64,000 bases of DNA from a virus. Taxonomy: Duplodnaviria > Heunggongvirae > Uroviricota > Caudoviricetes. The position numbers and the translations under genes were made by a program. Below, in pieces: positions 10,313-19,461 of the stretch; position 1 is the first letter of the stretch, and each line of letters begins with the position of its first letter. The stretch is from IMG/VR virus record IMGVR_UViG_3300017649_000004; one strand, 5' to 3'. The notes beneath the pieces were generated by a model. The model worked only from the letters and a program-made list of their open reading frames with translations. It had not been told where the DNA came from and ran no database searches.

Positions 10313-10852
10313 GTGGCTGAATATCCTATCAAAGTCACTGCCCAATCGTTCAACCATTCGGGCGGGACGAAATCATACCACCTCATGCTGATCCGAACGG
10401 TGACTGGTAAATGCGTCATCGTTCGCCGGTGGGGCAGAGTCGGCCAGTTCGGCCAGCTGAAGGCCGAGCACTACAACACCGTCTCGTCGGCAATGGAGGC
10501 TTTTGAAAGCCTGATCGATGAGCGCCGGCGCAAGGGCTACTCCGCAGCTGGCCTGTCGGTCGAGCGCGAGGCCAAGACGCAAAACGATCTGGTCTCGGCA
10601 ATCACCCTGCCGGTGTTCTCCAAGCTTGGCCCCAAGACCATCAACCACCTCGACCCGACCTACGACACCTCGCGTATGCACGAGCCTGACGAGCCGACGC
10701 TCGATGAGGACACCTTGCGCAAGGTTCGTCAGCCGACGGCGCGCGGCATCTCCCAGGAAGAATACGAGGAAATGGTGCGCCGGCAGGAGGCAGAGCGGCT
10801 CGCGGTCGAGCGCAACCACTACGAATCCATCCCTGAATTTGGAATGTTCTGA
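10313..10852 (+). CDS. hypothetical protein with C-terminal ...IPEFGMF tail
   Basis: 179 aa with a GTG start. It ends with the shared NPxFGMF-stop motif, and its TGA overlaps the next ATG. Confidence 0.5.
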   Translation: MAEYPIKVTAQSFNHSGGTKSYHLMLIRTVTGKCVIVRRWGRVGQFGQLKAEHYNTVSSAMEAFESLIDERRRKGYSAAGLSVEREAKTQNDLVSAITLPVFSKLGPKTINHLDPTYDTSRMHEPDEPTLDEDTLRKVRQPTARGISQEEYEEMVRRQEAERLAVERNHYESIPEFGMF

Positions 10853-11409
10853 TGCGCCACTACCTGACCCTATCGAAAGCGAACCAGTTCAAGTTCGTCT
10901 GCCCGATCTTCGGCGCCGAGACCCGTTTCAGCGCCTGCGCGAAGCTGCGCGATATTGTCTATGTCGGCGGCCGCCCGCCAGTGCGCAAAGGCTGCCAGGC
11001 GTGCATCGCCTCCAGCAAGTGTCCGGCTGCGGAAGTCATTCGTCGCATCAGCTTTGGCGGCGGCGTTGCGCCTGACGATCACTGCTCCGAGACGCCGACT
11101 GTCGGCAAGCTGCGCCGTGACGTGCTTGAGCGGATCGCTCCGGTCGTCGTGCTTGAGGCGACCATGAGCAAGTATGGCGTGCCCGATGGCGAGCGCGCGC
11201 TCATTAACAGTTCGCGTGAGCGCATCGAGAAGGCGATCGCGACGGCTCCGAAGGGCGAGTTCGATTACAACTACTCGCGTCCGACGACGACCACGCGCTC
11301 TGCATCGAAGTCGACTGCGAAGGCTGCCAAGCCTGCGCCGAAATCCAGCAACGACAACATCAACCAGGCAGCTGCGACCGGCGACCTTGCTGCTGCTGTG
11401 TCTCTGTAG
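10852..11409 (+). CDS. hypothetical Cys-rich protein with C-terminal AAATGDLAAA tail
   Basis: 185 aa. It has multiple Cys residues near the N-terminus. Its C-terminus 'NQAAATGDLAAAVSL' is shared with the 30553-30903 ORF. Confidence 0.5.
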   Translation: MRHYLTLSKANQFKFVCPIFGAETRFSACAKLRDIVYVGGRPPVRKGCQACIASSKCPAAEVIRRISFGGGVAPDDHCSETPTVGKLRRDVLERIAPVVVLEATMSKYGVPDGERALINSSRERIEKAIATAPKGEFDYNYSRPTTTTRSASKSTAKAAKPAPKSSNDNINQAAATGDLAAAVSL

Positions 11410-11411
11410 GA

Positions 11412-12851
11412 GTGACCATGAGCGCCTTCGACGTAATGATGCTCATTGACCAGATCGCGGCAACTTCGTCGCGATCGGAGAAGGAGCGTCTGACCTGCGA
11501 GCTTGCCAAGTTCGAGGTCGGGCGCTTCGCCCTCAAATGGGCATACGACCCCAACATCACCTATGGCATCAACGTGAAGGCGATGCCTGAAGGCAATGGC
11601 ATGGACATCGCCTTCACCACTCCGACGATCGAGCCGCTCTTGACGAAGCTCGCAACGCGACGGCTCGCCGGCAAGGCGGCCGAGCGCGAGGTCCATGAGG
11701 TTCTCGCCGCGCTCAACGACTATTCGCGCACCCTCCTGCTGCGCATCCTGATGAAAGACCTCAAGTGCGGCATTGCCGAGTCCACGATCAATCTGGCGAT
11801 GCCTGGCCTGATCCCGGTCTTCTCCGTGATGCGCGCGCAGAAGTTCGAGGAAAAGCGCCTCAAGACCTGGCCGCAGATCATCGAGCCGAAGCTCGACGGC
11901 TACCGGTTCACCTTCCTGTGCCGCGACGGCCACGGCGGCTTCTTCACGCGCTCGGGCAAACGTGCGCCGGCGGCCGATCACCTCGTTGAGCCGATGATCG
12001 CAACGGCGCTCGCCGCCCTGCAGGTGAGCCAGAACAACACGCTTCGGTCTACGCTCAGCACTCGTCCGGGCGATCTGACGCGCTATGCTCGCGATGATCT
12101 GAATTTCATGGTCGACGGCGAAATGATGATGCCGGGCGACTTCAATGAAACGGGCGCGCTCAGGCGCAAGGACGAGCAGGCGCTGGATGCGACGTTCCAC
12201 GTCTTCGACATCATGTCCTATGCCGACTTCAACGCACCGGGCAGCTTCGCCAAGCCCTATATGGAGCGGCGCAAGCTGGTCGAGGAGTTCGTCGCAAACG
12301 CTGTGAGCGACAAGATCACCAAGACGCCCCGCTACATCATCAACTCGGTCGATGAGGCCTACGAATACTACAACAAGTTCCGCGAGCGCGGGCTTGAAGG
12401 CGCAATGGTCAAGGATCCGAACGGCTTCTACGACAAGAAGAAGTCCTACTCCTGGCTCAAGATGAAGGCCGAGGAGAGCGAGGATCTTCCGATCGTCGGC
12501 GTCTTCCAGGGCGAGCCGATGACCAAGTATGAGCACTGTCTCGGCGGCATTATCGTTCGGCGCGAGAACGGCATGAACGTCAGCGTTGGTGGCGGTTTCA
12601 CCGACCAGCAGCGCGAGGAGCTTTGGGAGCTCTGGAAGGCTGACGCAAAGGAGCTGCGCATTTTGCCCGACTGCGGCCCCAAGGGCGTCTTCGTCCAGCC
12701 GACCGAGCCGCTGACCAACGGCAAGCTCATCGGCCGCCTCGCCGAGATCCGCTACCACGAGGAGACGCCTGACGGGTCGCTGCGTCATCCGCGCTTCCTG
12801 CGCTTCCGCGACGACAAGGCGGGCGAGCTCGAGGCGAACGAGGCAGCATGA
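11412..12851 (+). CDS. ATP-dependent DNA ligase
   Basis: Adenylation motif I 'IIEPKLDGYRF' (KxDG) and a ligase-like length of 479 aa. Confidence 0.8.
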   Translation: MTMSAFDVMMLIDQIAATSSRSEKERLTCELAKFEVGRFALKWAYDPNITYGINVKAMPEGNGMDIAFTTPTIEPLLTKLATRRLAGKAAEREVHEVLAALNDYSRTLLLRILMKDLKCGIAESTINLAMPGLIPVFSVMRAQKFEEKRLKTWPQIIEPKLDGYRFTFLCRDGHGGFFTRSGKRAPAADHLVEPMIATALAALQVSQNNTLRSTLSTRPGDLTRYARDDLNFMVDGEMMMPGDFNETGALRRKDEQALDATFHVFDIMSYADFNAPGSFAKPYMERRKLVEEFVANAVSDKITKTPRYIINSVDEAYEYYNKFRERGLEGAMVKDPNGFYDKKKSYSWLKMKAEESEDLPIVGVFQGEPMTKYEHCLGGIIVRRENGMNVSVGGGFTDQQREELWELWKADAKELRILPDCGPKGVFVQPTEPLTNGKLIGRLAEIRYHEETPDGSLRHPRFLRFRDDKAGELEANEAA

Positions 12852-13090
12852 AGTTCTTCCTCGTCATCTACATCGGCACTCAGGTGGCGGGTCTGATTGA
12901 CCCCTCTCCTGTCACGCGCAACGAATGCCTGCTTCGCGAGGCAAAGCTCAACCGTGAGCTACGCGAGCTGGTCAGCCTGATTACCGCGGTGGCCGCGCCT
13001 GGCAGACTGCCGAAGGACTTTCAGTCCATCCGCGTGGTCTGCGAGTATCGCAACAAGCGTCCGGCGATCACCTACGAGCGCAAACACTAG
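12848..13090 (+). CDS. hypothetical small protein
   Basis: 80 aa with a hydrophobic N-terminus, overlapping the ligase stop. Confidence 0.4.
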   Translation: MKFFLVIYIGTQVAGLIDPSPVTRNECLLREAKLNRELRELVSLITAVAAPGRLPKDFQSIRVVCEYRNKRPAITYERKH

Positions 13091-13091
13091 C

Positions 13092-14216
13092 TCATTCGCG
13101 CCTGCGCTGCGCATAGCGGCGCAGTTCGCCCGCAAGATTGACCTTGCCCTCCCTGATCAGGCGCACCAATGCCCTGAAATAGCCGCCGGCGTTCTTGATC
13201 GGGTCCGATCCGGGCGTCGGCTGTGCCTGTAGCTGCACCACATAGACGAGCGTTGCCGCCGCGGGCAGGTGCCCAATTCGCTCGCAAGCTTCCTCCCAGC
13301 CCGACGGCGACACGCCAAATGCGCCTCTCATGCGCGCGGCGGCCGCAATCAACTCCCGATCCGAGCGCACTTCGCCGAAAAATTCCATTGCGTCAGGGCA
13401 AGTGTGGATCAAATCCGCGGCGTTCGCAGTTAGACTCGGCGGTTCGGCCCCACTAGTAGACTCATTGCCGTTGTTACAAGACTGGTCAGGGGCATATTTG
13501 TTATGGTCTTCATGACGGCCATTCTTGCCGCCACAGGCGGCATAATATCTTCCCTCGGCTTCCTCACGCAGCTGCTTCCACTCCGACCGGAACGGTTCAA
13601 CCGCGCATCCCTTGGCAGAGCGCCTGGGAGAGCGTCTGGCAAGCTCGAGGGCTCGCGCCGTCAGGTCGCTGATGTCTTCCTGCGGGAAATACTCGGCAAG
13701 CGCCCTGAGCGCTTCCTGAGCCGAACGGCGATGCACCGTCAGTTCATCGAAGGCCAGCTTCCACTCATGCTCGCGCTCGGCCTGCGCCTGCACCATCTGA
13801 CGCCACTCTTCCATGCGCGCGACGAGCGGGCCAAGGTCGAAGCCATAGGCACGAATGATCTGGCCCTGCCGTGAGCGCTGGGCAAACCGCTTGCCGTTCG
13901 GGCTGTCCTTGGTGGTGATGACGCCAAGCTCGATCAGCCGGCGAATGGCGTAGCGGATCGTGCGCTCGGGAACGCCCGTGCGCTCCACCAGGTATTCGTT
14001 CGACGGCCAGACGAGCATCCGGCCCTCAATCAGTTCACCGCCATAGACGGCGCAAAGCTGGTCGAGAATGTAGCGGCAGCCGGTATTCAGGCTGAGCGCC
14101 TTGGCGCACAGACGCGCCGCCTCAAAAAGATCCTGTTTGTCGGCTGAACTCGGCTCGACTGGTAACGGCGCAAGCGCCGCCATCGAGCGCCAACCGGTAT
14201 GTTGCGCTTTCCTCAT
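13092..14216 (-). CDS. repC: RepC-like plasmid replication initiator
   Basis: The N-terminal region 'LDQLCAVYGGELIEGRMLVWPSNEYLVERTGVPERTIRYAIRRLIELGVITTKDSPNGKRFA...AYGFDLGPL' resembles the repABC RepC N-terminal domain (the DSPNGKRYA motif). The gene is on the minus strand in an otherwise plus-strand genome. Confidence 0.6.
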   Translation of the reverse strand: MRKAQHTGWRSMAALAPLPVEPSSADKQDLFEAARLCAKALSLNTGCRYILDQLCAVYGGELIEGRMLVWPSNEYLVERTGVPERTIRYAIRRLIELGVITTKDSPNGKRFAQRSRQGQIIRAYGFDLGPLVARMEEWRQMVQAQAEREHEWKLAFDELTVHRRSAQEALRALAEYFPQEDISDLTARALELARRSPRRSAKGCAVEPFRSEWKQLREEAEGRYYAACGGKNGRHEDHNKYAPDQSCNNGNESTSGAEPPSLTANAADLIHTCPDAMEFFGEVRSDRELIAAAARMRGAFGVSPSGWEEACERIGHLPAAATLVYVVQLQAQPTPGSDPIKNAGGYFRALVRLIREGKVNLAGELRRYAQRRRE

Positions 14217-14364
14217 TTTGCTTCCCCAAATCGGGGCAAAGCTCCGCCAGTCCGGTCGCTAGCAACCGGTTGACAAATCACCTCTGATTCGGGATAACCA
14301 CCTTGGTGACGCTTTGAGATTGGTTATCTCGGTTTGCGGGTGATTATCTCGAAGAGGAATTTTG
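14217..14364. repeat. iteron-like GATAACC / GGTTATC / GATTATC repeats downstream of repC
   Basis: 'GGGATAACCACC', 'GATTGGTTATCTCGG', 'GGTGATTATCTCG'. Three copies of a TTATC-core motif in both orientations within ~70 bp. Confidence 0.4.
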
Positions 14365-14400
14365 AAAAGGCCCTGGGATTGCCGTCTCGGGGCCTTTTGC
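14365..14400. terminator. bidirectional rho-independent terminator
   Basis: AAAAGGCCC ... GGGCCTTTT stem flanked by an A-run and a T-run, placed just beyond the 3' end of the minus-strand RHH gene. Confidence 0.55.
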
Positions 14401-14406
14401 TTTGCC

Positions 14407-14676
14407 CTACATCCTTCTTCCTTCCAAGAATGCGTTCACTGCCTGCGCGACCAGCTCAGACCGGTTCTTAAAGCCACCCTGCGCTACAAACTGGTCCATG
14501 TCGCTGCGGAGTTTTTCGTTAAGCCAGACCACGATCTGTGCCTCTCCTGCTGCCTCACGGTTAAGCCGATACCTCTGTGCGGGGTTAAGTGCTCTGGTGT
14601 CCTTCGTCATAGTTCCGAATCCGAAAATCAGATCGCTCGCTAGTGATGCCCGATTCCCTCGAAAGTCGATAGCCAC
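14407..14676 (-). CDS. ribbon-helix-helix (CopG/Arc-like) transcriptional regulator
   Basis: 89 aa with a GTG start. 'IVVWLNEKLRSDMDQFVAQGGFKNRSELVAQAVNAFLEG' fits the RHH beta-alpha-alpha pattern (...NRSE..A...). Confidence 0.55.
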   Translation of the reverse strand: MAIDFRGNRASLASDLIFGFGTMTKDTRALNPAQRYRLNREAAGEAQIVVWLNEKLRSDMDQFVAQGGFKNRSELVAQAVNAFLEGRRM

Positions 14677-14870
14677 AAATTTTTAACCACAACCGCATCG
14701 ATCGTTGCACGCCACGGCTGTAGGCAGCGGCGCGGGTTCGACTCAGCGGCGCCCAGTAAGTATGCGCTAATTTACATTCCCACAAGAGCAGCGCTATATG
14801 TGAGTCACAGCGCAAGCGATTTGCGGTTAAGAGCGACAAAACGCATTCAGAGGAACGCTAAGGAACGAAT
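14677..14870. promoter_or_regulatory. divergent switch region between the RHH and XRE regulator genes
   Basis: Contains direct repeats CCACAA-N10-CCACAA, the near-palindrome TGTGA-G-TCACA, and a GCGCTATATG box, all within 194 bp. Confidence 0.45.
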
Positions 14871-15377
14871 ATGAGCGAAGCACAGGGGCGCCCCGAGAAA
14901 GACAACGAAATCGGCCGGTTCATCGAAGGACGGATGAGTCAGCTTGGCCTCACACAGCGTGAGGTTGCGGATATCGTCGGCTTTAAGAACCGCAATATGC
15001 TCTCATTCATCAAGAACGGCGACGGCAAGCTCCCACTTGAGCGCGTTGCCGGCATGGCGCGCGCGCTTAAAGTTCCAGCTTCCGAGTTGTTCGAGATGGC
15101 GCTTAGACAGCACTACTCGTCGGACACCATTGAGCTGATGAAGCAGGCGCTCACAGAGGCGTCCCTTTCAAGAGACGAGGCAGAACTCCTGGACCTGTTT
15201 CGGGTTCATGTGCCGCGCGGCAAGTTTACAGCCGACGCCCTGCGCCGGATAGCCGACGAGATGGAAAAGACTGGCAAAGACCAGGCGGTCGAAGCGGCTC
15301 GTAAGCAACTCGCCGAGGCGGCAAGGTTCGGCCGCAGGGCCGTGCCGAATGAGGAGATCGAACCCGAAGAAAGCTGA
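14871..15377 (+). CDS. HTH XRE-family (Cro/CI-type) transcriptional regulator
   Basis: 'MSQLGLTQREVADIVGFKNRNMLSFIKNGDGKLPLERVAGMARALKVPASELFEM' is a canonical XRE helix-turn-helix. It is transcribed divergently from the RHH gene. Confidence 0.7.
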   Translation: MSEAQGRPEKDNEIGRFIEGRMSQLGLTQREVADIVGFKNRNMLSFIKNGDGKLPLERVAGMARALKVPASELFEMALRQHYSSDTIELMKQALTEASLSRDEAELLDLFRVHVPRGKFTADALRRIADEMEKTGKDQAVEAARKQLAEAARFGRRAVPNEEIEPEES

Positions 15378-15473
15378 CGAATTTATCCACCCCATGCGTC
15401 GCCAGGTTATATCTGAGGCGGCGCACTTTTACGCGTCCTTGTTGATAAGGAAGCGCTTACTTAAACCAGAAGC

Positions 15474-15674
15474 ATGATGGCCCACATGACGAAGAATGCA
15501 CCTGTCCTGTTTATGTCCAATGAAGATGCACTGGAGATTGCTCAGGACATGACGGAGCTGACAATCAACCACCTTGAAGGTGTGACCGTTTATACCGGTA
15601 AGCATCAAAAACACGGCTCTTGCCACGTTATTGTCCCTGCGTTCGGCGGGTCTATGCTTCTATTCTCCTTTTGA
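15474..15674 (+). CDS. hypothetical small protein
   Basis: 66-aa ORF preceded by a hairpin-motif variant. Confidence 0.35.
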   Translation: MMAHMTKNAPVLFMSNEDALEIAQDMTELTINHLEGVTVYTGKHQKHGSCHVIVPAFGGSMLLFSF

Positions 15675-15737
15675 GCTCCAAGCGCGCTTTTTGTATCTCA
15701 AAGCGTAAGTAAACGCTTAGTTATCCGCGAGAGAGAC

Positions 15738-18086
15738 ATGAACCGTGAAATCGTAGAGCTCCGCGAAGTCATCACGAAGCTGGTGCCGCTGCTGGCTGGT
15801 CGTGGCCTCAAGGTCACGCAGCGTGGCAGCCAGGCTTACGTGAATGCTGATCCGGTCACGAAGAAGCCAGTGTCGGTCAACATTCCGAACATTTCGGACA
15901 ACGCATCGCCGGACTTCATCCGCGCGATCCAGGGCTTCATCGATCACGAAGTGGCTCATGTCCTCTACACGGACTGGAACCACTACTGCCGCGGTGCGTC
16001 TGCGGCAGATTTGAAGAAGCCGGAAGTGCAGCGCTTCATGAACACCCACAACATCGTGGAGGACACGATGATTGAGCGGCGCATGGTCGAGGACTTCCCC
16101 GGCTCAAGCCGCAATCTGTCGGACACGCGCCGCTACTTCCTTGAGCGCATCACCAAGAAGGCGCTCGAGACAGCCAAGAACGACAAGGAAGCGTTCATCT
16201 ACCTGCTCGTGCCGACCATGCGCGCGCTCGCTGGTCAGCAGGAGATGCAGGACTTCATGGATGACGGCGGCTACTGGAAGAACCCCTTCGTCAAGGGCGT
16301 GGTCGAAGGCTTGAAGCCTGACACCCTCCAGAAGCTCAAGAAGGCGCGCTCCACGATCGAGACGCTGGAGATTGCCGAAGAACTCCACGCAATTCTCTAT
16401 CCGCCGCAGCCTCCGGCACCACCCATGCCGTCGGCACCGTCCGACTGCGATGACGAGGGGCAGGACAGCGACAGCAGCTCCGGCAGCCCGAGCTCCTCGA
16501 AGAAGAGCAAGGACAAGCCCGAGAAGAAGGCTGACGAGGGTGATGGCGACGGTGAGCGCGATCACCAGGAGTCAGGCGAGGAGGGCACGTCCAAGGACAA
16601 GAAGGGCAAGAAGGACAAGTCGAAGAAGGACGACAAGTCCGACGAGGAGAAGGAGGAAGGCGCTGGCGACAAGGGCGATGACGAGGACGCCCGCGACGGC
16701 GAGGAAGACGAGGACGGCGAAGGCGGTGATGCCGGCGACGATGATGGCGAGTCTGACGCCGGTGACGAGGGCGAGGAGGAAGACGACGACAAGGGCAAAG
16801 ACAAGGGCTCTGACGGCGACGAGGAAGAAGGCGGAGACGACGAGGGCGAAGGCTCCGGCGGCGAAGGAGACGATGAGTCTGAGGACGCCGATGAAGGCGG
16901 CGATGATGAGAACGGTGAGGATGGCTCTGGAGCGCCCGGCAAGTCCGGCGACAAGGGCGGTGACTCCGACGAGGAAGGAAAGAAGAAGGCACCGGAAGTG
17001 ATCACCGAAGGTGCTGACGGTGGCGGCGTTGGTGAAATGAACGGCGACGACACCGAAAACTCTCCTGGTGGCGGCGTCAGCAACGACGAAGGTAAGAGCC
17101 TGTTCGACTTCGATGACGATGCCTTCGAAGAAGCGGACATGAGCAAGCAGATCGCGATCCTCATCTCCGACGAAGCCGTCGAAGCGATGGATCCTGCCGA
17201 ATACCTCGTCTACACGCGCGAGTTCGACCGGATCGAGCCCGTCAACGTGCCTGACAAGATGGATTCGACCTGGGTGCCGAAGATGGAAGAGGAAGTGCGT
17301 CTGACGAGCGGCCGCTTGCAGAAGGACATTGAGCGGATGCTCGCCTCGCAGTCGCACGTCATCCGCACGCCTGGTCACAAGAAGGGCAAGCTACATGCGC
17401 CTTCGCTCTATCGCGTGATGCAGGGCGATCCGCGCGTGTTCACGCAAAAGCAGGAGCATGTGTCGAAGGACACGGCAGTGACCCTTCTGTGCGACAACTC
17501 CGGCTCTATGGGCGGTGCCAAGATGAAGCTCGGCATGATTTCGTCCTACGCGCTGGCGGTCACGCTCGAACGGGTCAAGATCAGCTACGAAGTGCTCGGC
17601 TTCACCACCGGCAACTTCTCGCGCATTCCCAACTCGATCCTCGAAGCGATGCAGGACGAAGTGGCAAAGACCGGTCTGCGATACGATCGGATCGAGCCGA
17701 TCAACATGCCGATCTACAAGGACTTCGATGAGCGGCTCGATGCGCGCGTAAAGGCGAGGTTCGCTTACATGATGTTCGCGCAGCGCGGTCTGAACGGCAA
17801 CATCGACGGCGAGTCCCTCGAATATGCTGCCATGCGCCTGATGAAACGCCCTGAAAAGCGCAAGGTGATGATCGTGCTGTCTGATGGTCAGCCTGCCGGA
17901 TCCTGGCGCTCCGGGCCTCACCTCAAGACGGTGGTCGAGCGCCTCAACAAGACGGGCATCGAGACCGTCGGCATCGGCATCATGGATCGCTCCGTGGCGC
18001 GCTACTACGACAAGCATGTGGTCATCACCAAGCTCGACGACCTGCCGGGCAGCGTCATGGGCGAGTTGAAGCGCATTCTGACGTAA
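15738..18086 (+). CDS. cobT: CobT-like vWA-domain protein with a hyperacidic D/E/G-rich linker
   Basis: C-terminal vWA MIDAS motif 'LLCDNSGSMGG'. There is a ~250-aa acidic low-complexity tract in the middle. Partnered with the downstream CobS-like AAA+ gene. Confidence 0.75.
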   Translation: MNREIVELREVITKLVPLLAGRGLKVTQRGSQAYVNADPVTKKPVSVNIPNISDNASPDFIRAIQGFIDHEVAHVLYTDWNHYCRGASAADLKKPEVQRFMNTHNIVEDTMIERRMVEDFPGSSRNLSDTRRYFLERITKKALETAKNDKEAFIYLLVPTMRALAGQQEMQDFMDDGGYWKNPFVKGVVEGLKPDTLQKLKKARSTIETLEIAEELHAILYPPQPPAPPMPSAPSDCDDEGQDSDSSSGSPSSSKKSKDKPEKKADEGDGDGERDHQESGEEGTSKDKKGKKDKSKKDDKSDEEKEEGAGDKGDDEDARDGEEDEDGEGGDAGDDDGESDAGDEGEEEDDDKGKDKGSDGDEEEGGDDEGEGSGGEGDDESEDADEGGDDENGEDGSGAPGKSGDKGGDSDEEGKKKAPEVITEGADGGGVGEMNGDDTENSPGGGVSNDEGKSLFDFDDDAFEEADMSKQIAILISDEAVEAMDPAEYLVYTREFDRIEPVNVPDKMDSTWVPKMEEEVRLTSGRLQKDIERMLASQSHVIRTPGHKKGKLHAPSLYRVMQGDPRVFTQKQEHVSKDTAVTLLCDNSGSMGGAKMKLGMISSYALAVTLERVKISYEVLGFTTGNFSRIPNSILEAMQDEVAKTGLRYDRIEPINMPIYKDFDERLDARVKARFAYMMFAQRGLNGNIDGESLEYAAMRLMKRPEKRKVMIVLSDGQPAGSWRSGPHLKTVVERLNKTGIETVGIGIMDRSVARYYDKHVVITKLDDLPGSVMGELKRILT
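16440..17110 (+). repeat. GAC/GAG/GGC-rich low-complexity coding repeat (CobT acidic linker)
   Basis: Runs of gacgag/gaagac/ggcgat codons that produce long mirror ORFs on both strands. Confidence 0.6.
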
Positions 18087-18198
18087 GAAAATGTCAGTAT
18101 GGGCTTACTTTCCCTATAGACTCCCAAACTCGATGTAAGTAAGTTCTTCATTACTAGAGCGCAGACGCGAGCGCTTAGCACACAAGAGGGAATTTCAC

Positions 18199-19461
18199 AT
18201 GACGGACACTGCTCTCGTCGCCGACAACGCGTCGGCGGCCACCGCCACTGTTGCGACTCCTGATGACGGCAAGATCGTTTGCCAGCTCGATGGTGTTCGC
18301 TGCCACATCATTCAGACGCACCTGCGCGACCATCATCCGAACTACACGATCGAGGACTATATCCGCGATTATCCGGATGCTCCGCTCATGTCGCCGACGG
18401 CTCTGGCGATGAAGGAGAAGCGCGAGAAGGAGCTGGCTGCCAAGAAGGCGGCTCAGGCAGCGGCCGCACCAGCAGGTGCCCAGGCAGCGCTCGTCACTGA
18501 AAGCGTTGGCGCAGCTTCGCTCGTTGCCAAGAACGAGCTGTTCCATGAGGTCTTCGAACTCGGCAATGCGCCGGCGGCGATGAACTCGATGGGCAAGCCA
18601 ATCCCTTGCACCGTGTTCACCGGTCACGACCACCTCTCGCGCGACTATCTGGCAGAGGTCGATAAGGCCTATGTGTTCAACATCGACCTGCTCAAGAAGG
18701 TCATGGTGGGCTTGCAGCTCAACATTCCGATCTATCTGTGGGGTATGCACGGCACTGGTAAGACGACCGTGCTCGAACAGGCAGCTGCGCGCACTCGCCG
18801 GCCGTTCCTGCGCAACCAGCACACCATCAACATGCAAGAGTCCGACGTTCTCGGACAGTGGACCGTCAAGGATGGCTCCACGCAGTTCCAGCTCGGGCCG
18901 CTGCCGATGGCGATGATCCACGGCTGGGTCTACTGCGCCGACGAGTATGACTTTGCCATGCCGTCCGTGACCGCGCTCTACCAGCCGGTGCTCGAAGGCA
19001 AGCCGCTGCTGATCAAGGAAGCGCCGGCAGAGTTCCGCAAGATCGAGCCGCATCCGAACTTCCGCTTCTGCGCAACCGGCAACACGAATGGCGGCGGTGA
19101 CGAGACTGGCCTCTACCAAGGCACGCTGGTGCAGAACGCGGCGAACTACTCGCGCTTCGGCATCACCGAAGAAGTCAAATACATGGAGCCGGCGCTCGAG
19201 GAGAACGTGATTTGCGCCAAGACGCGGATCAGCAAGTCGGATGCTTCGAAGATCGTCCGGTTCGGCAACGACATTCGCAAGGCCTTCGGTGAAGGCAAGA
19301 TCAGCGCGACCGTCTCGCCGCGTGAGTTGATCTGCGCCGCTCGCCTGGGTGTCGCATTCGGCGGCAACTGGAAGATGGGCCTTGAACTTGCCTTCGGTAA
19401 CCGCCTCTCGCGCATCGATCGCAAGACCGTCGAGCAGTATCTCCAGCGGATCTTCCCGTAA
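18199..19461 (+). CDS. cobS: CobS/MoxR-like AAA+ ATPase
   Basis: Walker A 'LWGMHGTGKTTVLEQAA' and MoxR/CobS-type AAA+ organisation, sitting directly after the CobT-like gene. Confidence 0.75.
   Translation: MTDTALVADNASAATATVATPDDGKIVCQLDGVRCHIIQTHLRDHHPNYTIEDYIRDYPDAPLMSPTALAMKEKREKELAAKKAAQAAAAPAGAQAALVTESVGAASLVAKNELFHEVFELGNAPAAMNSMGKPIPCTVFTGHDHLSRDYLAEVDKAYVFNIDLLKKVMVGLQLNIPIYLWGMHGTGKTTVLEQAAARTRRPFLRNQHTINMQESDVLGQWTVKDGSTQFQLGPLPMAMIHGWVYCADEYDFAMPSVTALYQPVLEGKPLLIKEAPAEFRKIEPHPNFRFCATGNTNGGGDETGLYQGTLVQNAANYSRFGITEEVKYMEPALEENVICAKTRISKSDASKIVRFGNDIRKAFGEGKISATVSPRELICAARLGVAFGGNWKMGLELAFGNRLSRIDRKTVEQYLQRIFP

Noticed and set aside
13223-14216. Plus-strand small ORFs inside the repC region (13223-13456, 13330-13515, 13503-13874)
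   Set aside because: Their frames have poor composition compared with the minus-strand RepC-like frame, which carries the recognisable domain.
16336-17378. Several long overlapping ORFs on both strands (16336-16992 -, 16372-17001 +, 16562-17164 -, 16572-17378 -)
   Set aside because: They lie inside the GAC/GAG-rich acidic linker of the CobT-like gene. The repetitive triplets keep all frames open, and the translations are pure Arg/Pro/Ser low complexity.
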